Assembly: GCA_963813025.1 (NCBI GenBank)
Contig: CAWEXO010000014.1
Span: forward strand, 32,001 to 96,000
DNA: 64,000 bases
DNA from: an uncultured Verrucomicrobiae bacterium
GTDB taxonomy: Bacteria; Verrucomicrobiota; Verrucomicrobiia; Chthoniobacterales; JAFAMB01
Direction: 5' to 3'
The notes under the pieces were generated by a model, which worked only from the letters and a program-made list of their open reading frames with translations, was not told the origin of the DNA and ran no database searches. Of the stretch, positions 42,605-51,947 are shown one piece after another. Both the position numbers and the translations under genes were made by a program. Within the stretch, counting starts at the first letter, position 1. Every line of letters begins with the position of its first letter.

Positions 42605-43551
42605 ATTGGCTCGTATTCGTGTTTTGTCTGTTTTTTTCTTTCGTTTTCTCCGGGACCGAAACGGGTTTGCTCTCGCTCAATCGAGTGCGTTTACGCCACC
42701 TGGCTCGTCAAAAAGATCCGGCGGCAGTCCGGCTGGAGCGGCTGCTACAGAATCCTACACGGCTGTTTGTCACGGTTCTTTGCATCACTAGTCTCTCGAA
42801 CATCACGGCGATCGTGCTCCTGACCGGCCAGGCTGTTGAGTTTTTCGGCAGGGCCGGGTACCTGGTTGCTTTGGCGGTTGCGGTGCCGCTGCTGCTTCTG
42901 GTGGTCGAAGTGCTACCTAAATCGATTTTTCGACGTTTTCCTTATCGAGCGCTCGCTTCCACCGCCATTCCGCTGGAGATAGCGTCTTTCCTGCTCGCGC
43001 CTTTCCTCAACTGTGGGGCTGTTCTGGCGCGTCACCTGTTTCGCGCCCCTGGACCCCGAGAGCTTTTTGTCGCTCGCGAAGATTTGAAATACGTCACCAG
43101 CGAAATCGAGCGGCTGGGCATGCTCAGTAGTTTCGAACGCCAGATGATTCATAACGTTGTCGATTTTCGCGCAGTGCGGGTGCGCGACGTCATGGTACCG
43201 CTGGCAAATGTTATCTCCGTAAGGCCGGAGACACCCTTGGAAGAGGTTGTCCGTCTCTCACGAGAGACCAAGTACGATCGGTTTCCCGTAGTTAGTTCGG
43301 ACGGGCGAATTCTTGGCGTTGTGAACGTGCTCGACTTGATCGTAGACCGGCGCCCCGAGGCAGTCGCCCGCCAATACCTTCGGCGGGTTCTTCATATCAA
43401 ACCCGACGAGCCTGCATCGACTGTTGTGCGGCGGCTCCGGGCGTCGCCTCAGAGCTTGGCGGTGGTCGACGCGAACCAGAAGCCGGTTGGCGTGGTGAGT
43501 GTGGAGGATCTGCTCAATCCACTGGTAAAAACGCGATCGATTTCCGAGTAG
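42601..43551 (+). CDS. CNNM family DUF21-CBS protein
   Basis: FSGTETG, EVLPK, CBS pair; overlaps upstream stop. Confidence 0.9.
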   Translation: MNWLVFVFCLFFSFVFSGTETGLLSLNRVRLRHLARQKDPAAVRLERLLQNPTRLFVTVLCITSLSNITAIVLLTGQAVEFFGRAGYLVALAVAVPLLLLVVEVLPKSIFRRFPYRALASTAIPLEIASFLLAPFLNCGAVLARHLFRAPGPRELFVAREDLKYVTSEIERLGMLSSFERQMIHNVVDFRAVRVRDVMVPLANVISVRPETPLEEVVRLSRETKYDRFPVVSSDGRILGVVNVLDLIVDRRPEAVARQYLRRVLHIKPDEPASTVVRRLRASPQSLAVVDANQKPVGVVSVEDLLNPLVKTRSISE

Positions 43552-43801
43552 CGAGCGCGAAATCTGCTGTAGCATGTCGGCAAGCGAGGCCGTGCCTCAG
43601 ACAAAAGAGATTTTTTGAAAAAAAACCGACCTGTTGCCTGCCTCATCCGGCAGACTCGCTGTACAAAGTCCCTAGTGAGAGCCGTCCGAAAAAAACTTGA
43701 TTCATCTACGTCAAATTCCAGTGTTCAAGGAGTCTGACGCGGAGCGCCTGTCTGTTAAGAGTATGCGCAGCCCGAAACCAGATCTTTAATTGCCTGGCAT
43801 T

Positions 43802-44971
43802 ATGTCCACCGATTTATCGTCAACCACCGCAGCACCCGCCCCGGTTTACTCCCGGAAAAATCCATTTTCAGCGAAACTGCTCGTGAATCGCAAACTGAAT
43901 CTGGCCGGTTCGGAAAAGGAGACACGCCACTTCGAGTTTTCCCTGGCCGGTTCGGTTTTGCGCTATGAAGTGGGCGATTCCATGGGTGTCTTCCCGCAGA
44001 ACGATCCTGTTCTGGTGGAGGACCTTCTGCACGCCTTGCACTTTTCTGGGGGAGAAACGGTCACGACAAAGGAAGGCGACGTTCTGACCATGCGTGAGGC
44101 GTTGCTCCGTCAATACCAGATCACCCAACCCAGCAAACAGTTCCTGGAAGCGATCGCTCAGCGTTCTGCGAGTGCCGGGGAATTAGCGGAATTGATGCAC
44201 CCCGACCGGAAATACGATCTGGATCATTATCTCTGGGGATTGGAGGTTATCGACTTTCTACTGGATAACCCTTCGGTACGATTCACGCCGGAGGAGCTGG
44301 TGGCAACCTTACGTAAACTGCAGCCGCGCTTATACTCGATCGCTTCCAGTCTCAAAGAGCTGCCGGAGCAGGTACACTTGATGATTGCGACGGTCCGTTA
44401 CGAGAGCCACGGAAGACAACGCACCGGTGTCGCGTCGACTTATCTGTCGGATCGACTCTGCCTTGGTGGGACGGTGCCGATGTTTGTCCACGTCGCTAAA
44501 GGCTTTCGGCTGCCGGAGGATCCAGCGATGCCCATCATCATGGTTGGACCAGGGACGGGTCTGGCGCCGTTCCGGGCCTATCTGCAGGAACGCCGGGCGA
44601 CCGGAGCTACTGGCCGGAATTGGCTCTTTTTCGGTGAACAACGGGCTAACTCCGATTTCTTTTACCGGGAAGAATTTGCCGAGATGCAGCGCGAGGGGGT
44701 GCTTACGCGTTTTGATACCGCGTTCTCACGCGACCAAGCGCACAAAATTTATGTGCAGCACCGCCTGGCGGAGAATGGGCAGGAAGTGTATGCCTGGCTT
44801 GAAGAGGGTGCTCATTTCTATGTCTGCGGCGATGCGGCGCACATGGCCAAAGACGTCGATGTGACGCTCCACAAGATCGTTGAGGAACAGGGCGGTAAAA
44901 CACCGGAGCAGGCCGCAATGTATGTGGAAGACCTGAAAAAGGCGAAACGTTATAAGCGGGACGTATACTAA
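43802..44971 (+). CDS. Sulfite reductase flavoprotein-like FAD/NADPH module (no flavodoxin domain)
   Basis: PRLYSIASS, GPGTGLAPFR, YVCGDA, RYKRDVY. Confidence 0.9.
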   Translation: MSTDLSSTTAAPAPVYSRKNPFSAKLLVNRKLNLAGSEKETRHFEFSLAGSVLRYEVGDSMGVFPQNDPVLVEDLLHALHFSGGETVTTKEGDVLTMREALLRQYQITQPSKQFLEAIAQRSASAGELAELMHPDRKYDLDHYLWGLEVIDFLLDNPSVRFTPEELVATLRKLQPRLYSIASSLKELPEQVHLMIATVRYESHGRQRTGVASTYLSDRLCLGGTVPMFVHVAKGFRLPEDPAMPIIMVGPGTGLAPFRAYLQERRATGATGRNWLFFGEQRANSDFFYREEFAEMQREGVLTRFDTAFSRDQAHKIYVQHRLAENGQEVYAWLEEGAHFYVCGDAAHMAKDVDVTLHKIVEEQGGKTPEQAAMYVEDLKKAKRYKRDVY

Positions 44972-45895
44972 GCGGAGGGAGTGGAGGGAGCGGCTTCAGC
45001 GGAGGGATGTAGCGCGAGAGCAGAGGGAGATGAGAACGGGGGATGTCGGGTAGTGTCGGCTTTTTTGTTTTGCTGTCTAACCTCCGGGGCAAGTTGTTCT
45101 GAGGACGGCAGCTCGAGCCGGCGAGACCGCCCTCCAGGCGGTCGGTCCAGCGCCGGGCGAGCTGTGAGCAACGGGCTTTGGCGTTGTTCAAGTCCTCGGC
45201 AACAACTTGCCACTTTTCTCATGCTTACAGGGCGGCGTCAGCCGCCAAAAATCGTTCGCCGAATTGGATCGCAAATTGCGTCGCGGCCAGCTTCCAGGTC
45301 ACCGGCGGATTTTTCCATCTTTTGGTAATGTTGCCCAAGGCAAGCTAAATCAATTTGCTAGCCGCTTCGTCGCTGGGAAAATGCCCGCGGGTTTTGAGTA
45401 TCTTGCGTAATTGCATGTGCAGACTTTCGATCGCGTTGGTCGAGTAAATGATTCGGCGGATCTCGGCCCGATAGGCAAAGAACGGGACGACTTGGTCCCA
45501 GACTCTGCGCCAGCTTTGGATGCATCGAAACCGCTAAAACGCTTCTGGCCCTTGCGGATAAACTGAGGTTCAAATTGCCCAGCGCGCTCCCGTGGGATGT
45601 CGATTTGCAGCTCGCCTTCCTCGGTCAGCATGGTCTTTTTGCCGGCTCCGTTGCGGTAGTTCTCCCGTACCACCCCCTCTGCGCACTTGGGCGCCTGGCC
45701 TTCTGATAGCCCAAATGATGGCTCATTTCGGTTCCCAAAATCCGCTCGTAGAGCCGTTTTGGTGAGTTGCTCCAGGATCCCTCCACTTCCCACCACCACA
45801 CACAAACCCCGAACACGCTCGATATTTTTGTTAGTTTGATAGCTACATCCCTCCGCTGAAGCCGCTCCCTCCGCTTAATATCCGCTCCCTCCGTT
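44971..45895. repeat. Palindromic GCGGAGGGA-type repeat split by IS256 remnant
   Basis: Arms 44971-45047 and 45821-45895 are inverted; family members at 47808-47982 and 48217-48342. Confidence 0.75.
45048..45820 (-). mobile_element. Internally deleted IS256 remnant
   Basis: YRNG, IPRERAGQFEPQFI and IIYSTNAIES fragments; imperfect IRs. Confidence 0.75.
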
Positions 45896-45897
45896 AG

Positions 45898-47409
45898 CTA
45901 AGGCTCGGTGACTTCCCGGACGAACACGTTCAATTGACCGTCCGCTCCGCGCCGAACATCCATGATCTGAAAGGGTCGATCGGCTCCTCGCTGCAGATTC
46001 TCGCCTTCGCGCGGTGTGGGCAGGCCGCGCGGCACCTCTACGACAACGCGGACATTACCTCGATTGAGCATACGATCGGCCAAGGATTGTCTTGGCCGCA
46101 ACACTGCGCGATTCTCACGCGCCGCGGTCACAACGAATTCCCCCCGCAGATAGATCGGGTCTCGGCCAAGGCCGCGATCAGCCAGATCCGCCGTTCGATC
46201 CGCCTCAATCAACCGCCCTCGCGGCATCTGACCAGGCCGATAGGTTGACCAGGAACGGATCTGGTCGTTGCCGGGCGTCGCTGCGGTGGTAAGCACCGGA
46301 GCCGCGGAAGGGTTTGGCGATGGCTCTGCCACGGGCGCTTTGACGAGCTGGGCTCTCGGCACTACCGGTTCTTTTTTCGCCGCCGCTGTTTCTGCGGAGG
46401 AAAGGCCAGCCGGCGGAGCCTCGGAAATCAACGGGACTGGACCTTTCAGCCCTGACTTTGTCGACGGTTTAGAGGAAGCCGCCGCCGTAGCAGGACCAAC
46501 CGGCAAAGCGCGCGCGATAGGGACCAGCTCGAAGGGCGTCGGGCCATTAGCGGCAGAGCCGGTGAGACCGTTGGCTCGCTTTACCGCGGAGTAAGATGCT
46601 GCCTCGATACCGGTCGCGCGCCGATACTCCGCATATCGCTTTTCGGCGTTCTCGATTTCGGCAGGTTTGGCGACTGGCAGGCCAGCCTTCACATTCACAA
46701 TTTTCGGAGGCTCCAGCCGAAAACCCGCTCCACTTTGAGTCGTACCATACGGGCCATACAACAAAGGCACGCAAGTAAACAGCAAGCGCCCGCCAGAGGC
46801 CGGCTTTACGTGAATAATCGCCGAAAGATCATAGGAGCGCCGAAACTCAATACCCAAGCCGGTAACCAGGATGTGCTGCATGGCCGGCAGGTTTTCCTTG
46901 GAAGCCGGGAAAAGATGTTCGACCAAAACCGCCGGCACGTCGACCGACTGGGCAATTACCGCGACGCCGCTGGTGAAAAACCGATCGTTCTGGAGTGGTA
47001 TCGCATCCAGCACAGTGAACTTTCCGGTTACGTAAGGCAATTTGGAAACCTGGTGATCGTAATTCCGCAAATAAGAGCGCAACAGACCATCGCTTTCGGC
47101 ACTGAGTTGGTTGGCGGTCATTGACCCGTAGCGTTGCAGCAGCTTATCCGGGCTGAGAAATTCTCCGGAAGGAGCAGCAGTCAATTCGAATCGCCTGGGC
47201 GAGTCCAGCTTGTGTAATCGACTGAGCAGCTGATAAGCAAACCCGATTTCCGGATGGCTAAAGATGTACAAGGTGCCGATCCAGCAGGTCAGCGCAAAGC
47301 CACATAAAAGGAGGATGAAGACCGTCCAGGCAAACAAATTCTCGTCCGCCGGAGCATGAATTTCACGACGTATCGGGCGTCCCAGCGGTACAGCTTTCAT
47401 GAAGGGCAC
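45898..47409 (-). CDS. Hypothetical membrane-anchored protein with Pro/Ala linker
   Basis: 503 aa ORF, N-terminal TM, low-complexity linker. Confidence 0.75.
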   Translation of the reverse strand: MPFMKAVPLGRPIRREIHAPADENLFAWTVFILLLCGFALTCWIGTLYIFSHPEIGFAYQLLSRLHKLDSPRRFELTAAPSGEFLSPDKLLQRYGSMTANQLSAESDGLLRSYLRNYDHQVSKLPYVTGKFTVLDAIPLQNDRFFTSGVAVIAQSVDVPAVLVEHLFPASKENLPAMQHILVTGLGIEFRRSYDLSAIIHVKPASGGRLLFTCVPLLYGPYGTTQSGAGFRLEPPKIVNVKAGLPVAKPAEIENAEKRYAEYRRATGIEAASYSAVKRANGLTGSAANGPTPFELVPIARALPVGPATAAASSKPSTKSGLKGPVPLISEAPPAGLSSAETAAAKKEPVVPRAQLVKAPVAEPSPNPSAAPVLTTAATPGNDQIRSWSTYRPGQMPRGRLIEADRTADLADRGLGRDPIYLRGEFVVTAARENRAVLRPRQSLADRMLNRGNVRVVVEVPRGLPTPREGENLQRGADRPFQIMDVRRGADGQLNVFVREVTEP

Positions 47410-47439
47410 GTGGAGCCAATAATAAACGCCCGAGACGTG

Positions 47440-47775
47440 TCAAGCTTCGGCCGATTTTTCAAACGAACTGCCGCAACCGCAACTTCGTACTGCATTCGGA
47501 TTGCTGATTTTAAATCCCGCCCCGGTGAGGCTGTCGGAAAAATCAACCGTCGAACCACGCAGAAAATCGGCGCTATAAGCATCTACCAAAACTTCGACAT
47601 CTTCCCGGCGAACGCGTTGATCGCCCTCCTTGGCGTGATCGAACTGCATTCCGTATTGCATTCCGGCGCAACCCCCGGTCTCGACATAAATCCGGAGCGC
47701 CTTGTCCCGATATTCAGGATGCTCCGAGATCAGCGTCTGAATTTGGCGAAAAGCAGCATCGGTAACAGTGATCAT
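47440..47775 (-). CDS. Fe-S cluster insertion protein (ErpA/IscA family)
   Basis: GGCAGMQY, NPNAVRSCGCGSSF. Confidence 0.93.
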   Translation of the reverse strand: MITVTDAAFRQIQTLISEHPEYRDKALRIYVETGGCAGMQYGMQFDHAKEGDQRVRREDVEVLVDAYSADFLRGSTVDFSDSLTGAGFKISNPNAVRSCGCGSSFEKSAEA

Positions 47776-47789
47776 GATAGCGCGGTAAA

Positions 47790-48376
47790 GTACCAAATTA
47801 TGAGATACCAGTCAATTGAGCGGAGGAAGCGGCGGGAGCGGCTTCAGCTGAGGGAAGTAGCGCGAGAGCGGAGGGAGATGTGAACAGAGAAATGTCGAGG
47901 CCAACCTGATATCTTTCGCAAATTGACACCTACCTCCGCTCGCGGAAGCCGCTCCCGCCGCTTCCTCCGCTCAATTGACTGGCATTTGTCACTTGCCCAG
48001 CTGTACCCTCTCCCATGCCAAAAGAGAGGTGCGTTTTCGCGAGCCCGATCAGGTTCATAGCACCCTCCTCGAAGTCGTTCGATGCACCCTCGAATCCGAT
48101 CGGACCCGCTGGACTTCACAATTTCGCGCCGCGCCGCGAACGACAAGAGGCGCTTTGCCGGCTGACGAACTCACCCACAGGCCCGCAGCCGGGTACGGTA
48201 CCAAGTTATGAGATACCAGTCAATTGAGCGGAGGGAATGTGAACAGAGGGATGTCGAGGCTAACCTGATATCTTTTCTTAGTTGCCACCTACCTCCAGCC
48301 GCGGAAGCCGCTCCCGCTGCTTCCTCCGCTCAATTGACTGGCATTTGTCACTTGCCCAGCTGTACCCTCTCCCATG
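47790..48376 (+). repeat. Duplicated mutL leader flanking a 170-bp internal mutL copy
   Basis: 47790-48017 resembles 48198-48376; 48017-48186 matches 49280-49449 with 2 mismatches. Confidence 0.9.
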
Positions 48377-50269
48377 GGTCGGATCCTGCTCTTGCCCGAT
48401 GAAGTGGCCAGCCAGGTAGCGGCCGGCGAGGTAGTCGAACGTCCGGCCTCTATCGTCAAAGAATTGGTCGAGAACAGCCTAGACGCGCAAGCGAGCAGAA
48501 TTGAGGTGGCGGTTGTGCGTGGCGGCATGACATCGATCCGAGTGACCGACAACGGCACCGGAATGGATCGGGACGATGCGCTGCTCAGCCTCGAGCGCCA
48601 TGCTACGAGCAAAATCCGATCGGGAGAGGATCTCGCTCGGATCCACACCCTTGGTTTTCGGGGAGAAGCGCTTCCCAGCATCGCAAGCGTTACCCGGTTC
48701 CGTATGTCTACCCGGCCGCGCGAGGCTCTGGAGGGAACCGAGATTCTGGTCAGAGGAGGTAAAATCGAGTCGGTTCAAGCCGCAGGCGAAGCGTCCGGAA
48801 CGTCGATCGAGGCACGCTCTCTGTTTTTCAATCTTCCGGCCCGCCGAAAATTCCTGCGGAGCGAAAACACGGAACTGTCCCACATTCAACACCAGTTGTT
48901 GTTGCAGGCAATTGCCCGTCCATCGGTCGGTTTTACTTTTCTGCGAAACGGCGAAGTCGTTTTTCAAGCGCCCCCGGTGCAGGATCTCGTCGATCGGGTG
49001 AGAGACTTGCGAGGTGCGGAATTTCTGGAGCATTTGCTCCCGATTTCTCCCGCGAAAAGCCATCAGATAAGGTTGAGCGGTTTGCTTGGCCGCCCCGGTG
49101 TCAGTCGAGCGACTCGCGCCGAACAGCTGATTTTTGTGAACGGACGGCCGATCGAAAACGCGCTGGTCTCGCGCGCCCTGAGAGAAGGCTATCACACTGC
49201 TCTGATGAAGGGTCAGTACCCGGTCACCATTCTCTTCATTGAAATGGATCCAACGTCGGTCGATGTCAATGTGCATCCGGCCAAAAGAGAGGTGCGTTTT
49301 CGCGAGCCCGATCAGGTTCATAGCACCCTCGTCGAAGTCGTTCGATGCACCCTCGAATCCGATCGGACCCGCTGGACTTCACAATTTCGCGCCGCGCCGC
49401 GAACGACAAGAGGCGCTTTGCCGGCTGAGGAACTCACCCACAGGCCCGCGGCGAAGAACGAACCATCTCAGCCACCCGAAGTCGGTCCACTCATCCCGAC
49501 CGCCGAGCAGGTCTCACTCCGGCATGACTGGTCAGAAATCCCGATTTCGCGTGATACCGGGCGAGCGGACCAATCGTCGATAAGGGGTTCAGCAGCGCGC
49601 CCCGAACACCCGGACAACGATACGGCCGATCGATTCGTTTTACCTGAGTCCAAGCGCGGGGAACCGACTGGTGCGGTCTCGTCGCCGCCCACCGAGATCC
49701 GAATTATCGGGATCTTAGGAAAACTGTTCATTCTAATGGAGAACAAAGACGGGCTGGTGCTGGTCGATCAGCACGCGGCGCATGAACGCATTTTATTTGA
49801 GCGCATGCGTCGGCAGGTTGAGCAGGGTGGAGTGCCAAGCCAGCGATTACTCATTCCGTTGACGATTCAGGTTGGGCCGCGTGACTACGATTGGCTGCTT
49901 GGACATGCAGAAAGCCTCGAACGAATGGGCTTTAATCTCGAGCCTTTCGGTGAGTCGACGCTGAAGATCGATAGCATCCCCCAGTTTTTTCGGGTTTATG
50001 ACCCCGCGGGCGCGGTCCGGCGTCTCCTGGACGAGCTCAAATCAATTACGGCGAGCACTTCCAGCGCTCGGCTGGGCGAAGACGTCATTGCCAAAACAGT
50101 GTGCCGTCACGCGATTAAGGCAAACGACGAGTTACGCCGACCCGAAGCGGAGCAACTGGTGACTGACCTTCTGTCGTGTGACCTGCCTTACTGCTGTCCG
50201 CACGGCCGGCCCACCATGATCCAGATTCCTTATCAGGAATTGGAAAAGAAATTCGGGCGCAGAGGCTAA
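48374..50269 (+). CDS. mutL: DNA mismatch repair protein MutL
   Basis: AAGEVVERP, GFRGEAL, DVNVHPAK, DQHAAHER, CPHGRP. Confidence 0.97.
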   Translation: MGRILLLPDEVASQVAAGEVVERPASIVKELVENSLDAQASRIEVAVVRGGMTSIRVTDNGTGMDRDDALLSLERHATSKIRSGEDLARIHTLGFRGEALPSIASVTRFRMSTRPREALEGTEILVRGGKIESVQAAGEASGTSIEARSLFFNLPARRKFLRSENTELSHIQHQLLLQAIARPSVGFTFLRNGEVVFQAPPVQDLVDRVRDLRGAEFLEHLLPISPAKSHQIRLSGLLGRPGVSRATRAEQLIFVNGRPIENALVSRALREGYHTALMKGQYPVTILFIEMDPTSVDVNVHPAKREVRFREPDQVHSTLVEVVRCTLESDRTRWTSQFRAAPRTTRGALPAEELTHRPAAKNEPSQPPEVGPLIPTAEQVSLRHDWSEIPISRDTGRADQSSIRGSAARPEHPDNDTADRFVLPESKRGEPTGAVSSPPTEIRIIGILGKLFILMENKDGLVLVDQHAAHERILFERMRRQVEQGGVPSQRLLIPLTIQVGPRDYDWLLGHAESLERMGFNLEPFGESTLKIDSIPQFFRVYDPAGAVRRLLDELKSITASTSSARLGEDVIAKTVCRHAIKANDELRRPEAEQLVTDLLSCDLPYCCPHGRPTMIQIPYQELEKKFGRRG

Positions 50270-50377
50270 TCAAAGCCAAGATTTAAAAAAATGTCCCAGA
50301 TGCTAGGGACGAAAACGTGACCGCAGCAGTGGCGAGGCGCCGCTTCAAATTTGTGGCATTTCTCTTGTCCCTATACG

Positions 50378-50503
50378 GGTAGGGCGAAATTTATTCGAGC
50401 GCCAAGGGAGAACTTGTTTGAGCCGTCTGGAGCGCCCGGCCGTTCCAGCGCCCGGCTCGAACGAGTCTTCGCCGAAGGCTCAGATAAATTCTCGCCCTAC
50501 CGG
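50378..50503. repeat. REP-like inverted repeat
   Basis: GGTAGGGCGAAATTTATT ... ATAAATTCTCGCCCTACC, same family as 17577-17711. Confidence 0.75.
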
Positions 50504-50959
50504 AACACGGCCAGCCACCTTGTCGGCGCGGCGAGCGAGTCGCACCAGGCGCTGTTGAACTCCCCGCATCTCGCGAGCGGCATTTGCCTCGCTATCGTCG
50601 TAGCCCGCCAGATGCAAAATACCGTGAACCAGATACAGCTCGACTTCAGCGAGACAGGTCGACCGATACCGGTGCGCTTGTCTGGCGGCTGTCTCAACGC
50701 TGATGAAAATCTCACCGTGATGAAAAGTGATAACGTCAGTCGGTTCGTAAGTTCCCAGGAACTGGTTGTGCAGGCGGGCCATTCGTTCATCCGAGATCAG
50801 CACGACCACGATCTCGAATAAATTGGAGAACTGGCTGGCTCTTTTGGCGAGCGTCAGAGACAGAGCGCGCTCGGCAAATTGCTGAAGTCCTTGTCTGGGT
50901 ATCGAGTGCTTTCGTTGGCGATTAAGCACTCGAACTATCGGGACAGAGGAGCGGGCCAT
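50480..50959 (-). CDS. ybeY: rRNA maturation endoribonuclease YbeY
   Basis: PTDVITF, HGILHLAGYDD. Confidence 0.9.
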   Translation of the reverse strand: MARSSVPIVRVLNRQRKHSIPRQGLQQFAERALSLTLAKRASQFSNLFEIVVVLISDERMARLHNQFLGTYEPTDVITFHHGEIFISVETAARQAHRYRSTCLAEVELYLVHGILHLAGYDDSEANAAREMRGVQQRLVRLARRADKVAGRVPVGREFI

Positions 50960-50986
50960 CGAAAAGCGGACCAATGATCAAGGAGA

Positions 50987-51829
50987 TCAATGCGTTTCCT
51001 CGATGAAGCGATACGGATAATACGGTTCCCGGTATCCTCTTGCCTTCTGTCGTGGAGGGAGATTCACTTTTTCAGGCTTGATATGGTCGTAAGGAATAAT
51101 GCTCAAAAAATGGGCGATGCAGTTCAATCGAGCCCGCCGTTTGTCGTCTGCCTGGACAACATACCAGGGCGATTCGTCGGTGTCGGTGGCGGCGAACATC
51201 GCGTCGCGGGCGCGTGAATAGTCGTACCAGCGCCGGTGGGATTCCAGATCCATTGGACTCAGCTTCCAGGTTTTCCGCGGATCATGGATACGTTCCAAGA
51301 ACCGGCGGGTCTGCTCGTCCTTGCCTACTTCGAACCAGTATTTGATTAGCACGAGACCGGAATCGATGACGTCCTTTTCCCAAGCCGGACAGATTTTCAG
51401 GAACCGCTCATACTGCTCGTCCGTGCAAAATCCCATTACTCTCTCAACGCCGGTGCGGTTATACCAACTCCGATCAAAAATGACGATCTCTCCGGCTGCC
51501 GGAAAATGTTCGAAATACCGCTGAAAATAAATTTGGGTGCGCTCCCGCTCAGATGGGGCAGGGAGAGCAATCACGCGGAAGACCCGGGGACTCACCCGCT
51601 CGGTCAGGCGCTTGATGACGCCGCCCTTACCGGCAGCATCTCTGCCTTCAAAGACAACGATGATCCTTGCGCCGGTGCTCTTCACCCAAAATTGCAATTT
51701 AACTAACTCTTCATGGAGTTCGGCGAGTCGCTGCTCGTATTCCTTGCGCTTCAGTTTCGGCTTAACGGCCGAACTTTCTTCTTCGCCGTTTGGCCTATCG
51801 GCAAGCTGCGTCTTTTGCTTTTGGCCCAT
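50987..51829 (-). CDS. ppk2: Polyphosphate kinase 2
   Basis: FEGRDAAGKGG, FDRSWYNR. Confidence 0.95.
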   Translation of the reverse strand: MGQKQKTQLADRPNGEEESSAVKPKLKRKEYEQRLAELHEELVKLQFWVKSTGARIIVVFEGRDAAGKGGVIKRLTERVSPRVFRVIALPAPSERERTQIYFQRYFEHFPAAGEIVIFDRSWYNRTGVERVMGFCTDEQYERFLKICPAWEKDVIDSGLVLIKYWFEVGKDEQTRRFLERIHDPRKTWKLSPMDLESHRRWYDYSRARDAMFAATDTDESPWYVVQADDKRRARLNCIAHFLSIIPYDHIKPEKVNLPPRQKARGYREPYYPYRFIEETH

Positions 51830-51947
51830 AGTTCAACAGTTAATTCGCCAGTTTATCACGTTGCGAGACGTTTCGGGAATTTTGTCCGACTACGGGAGCA
51901 AAAGCGGACGCATGAAGCCGTAGGTTTTGCGTAGCGCGATCGGCTTC

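Noticed and set aside
48017..49449. DGR template/variable repeat pair
   Set aside because: The two mismatches are C/G rather than adenine-specific, and no reverse transcriptase is present
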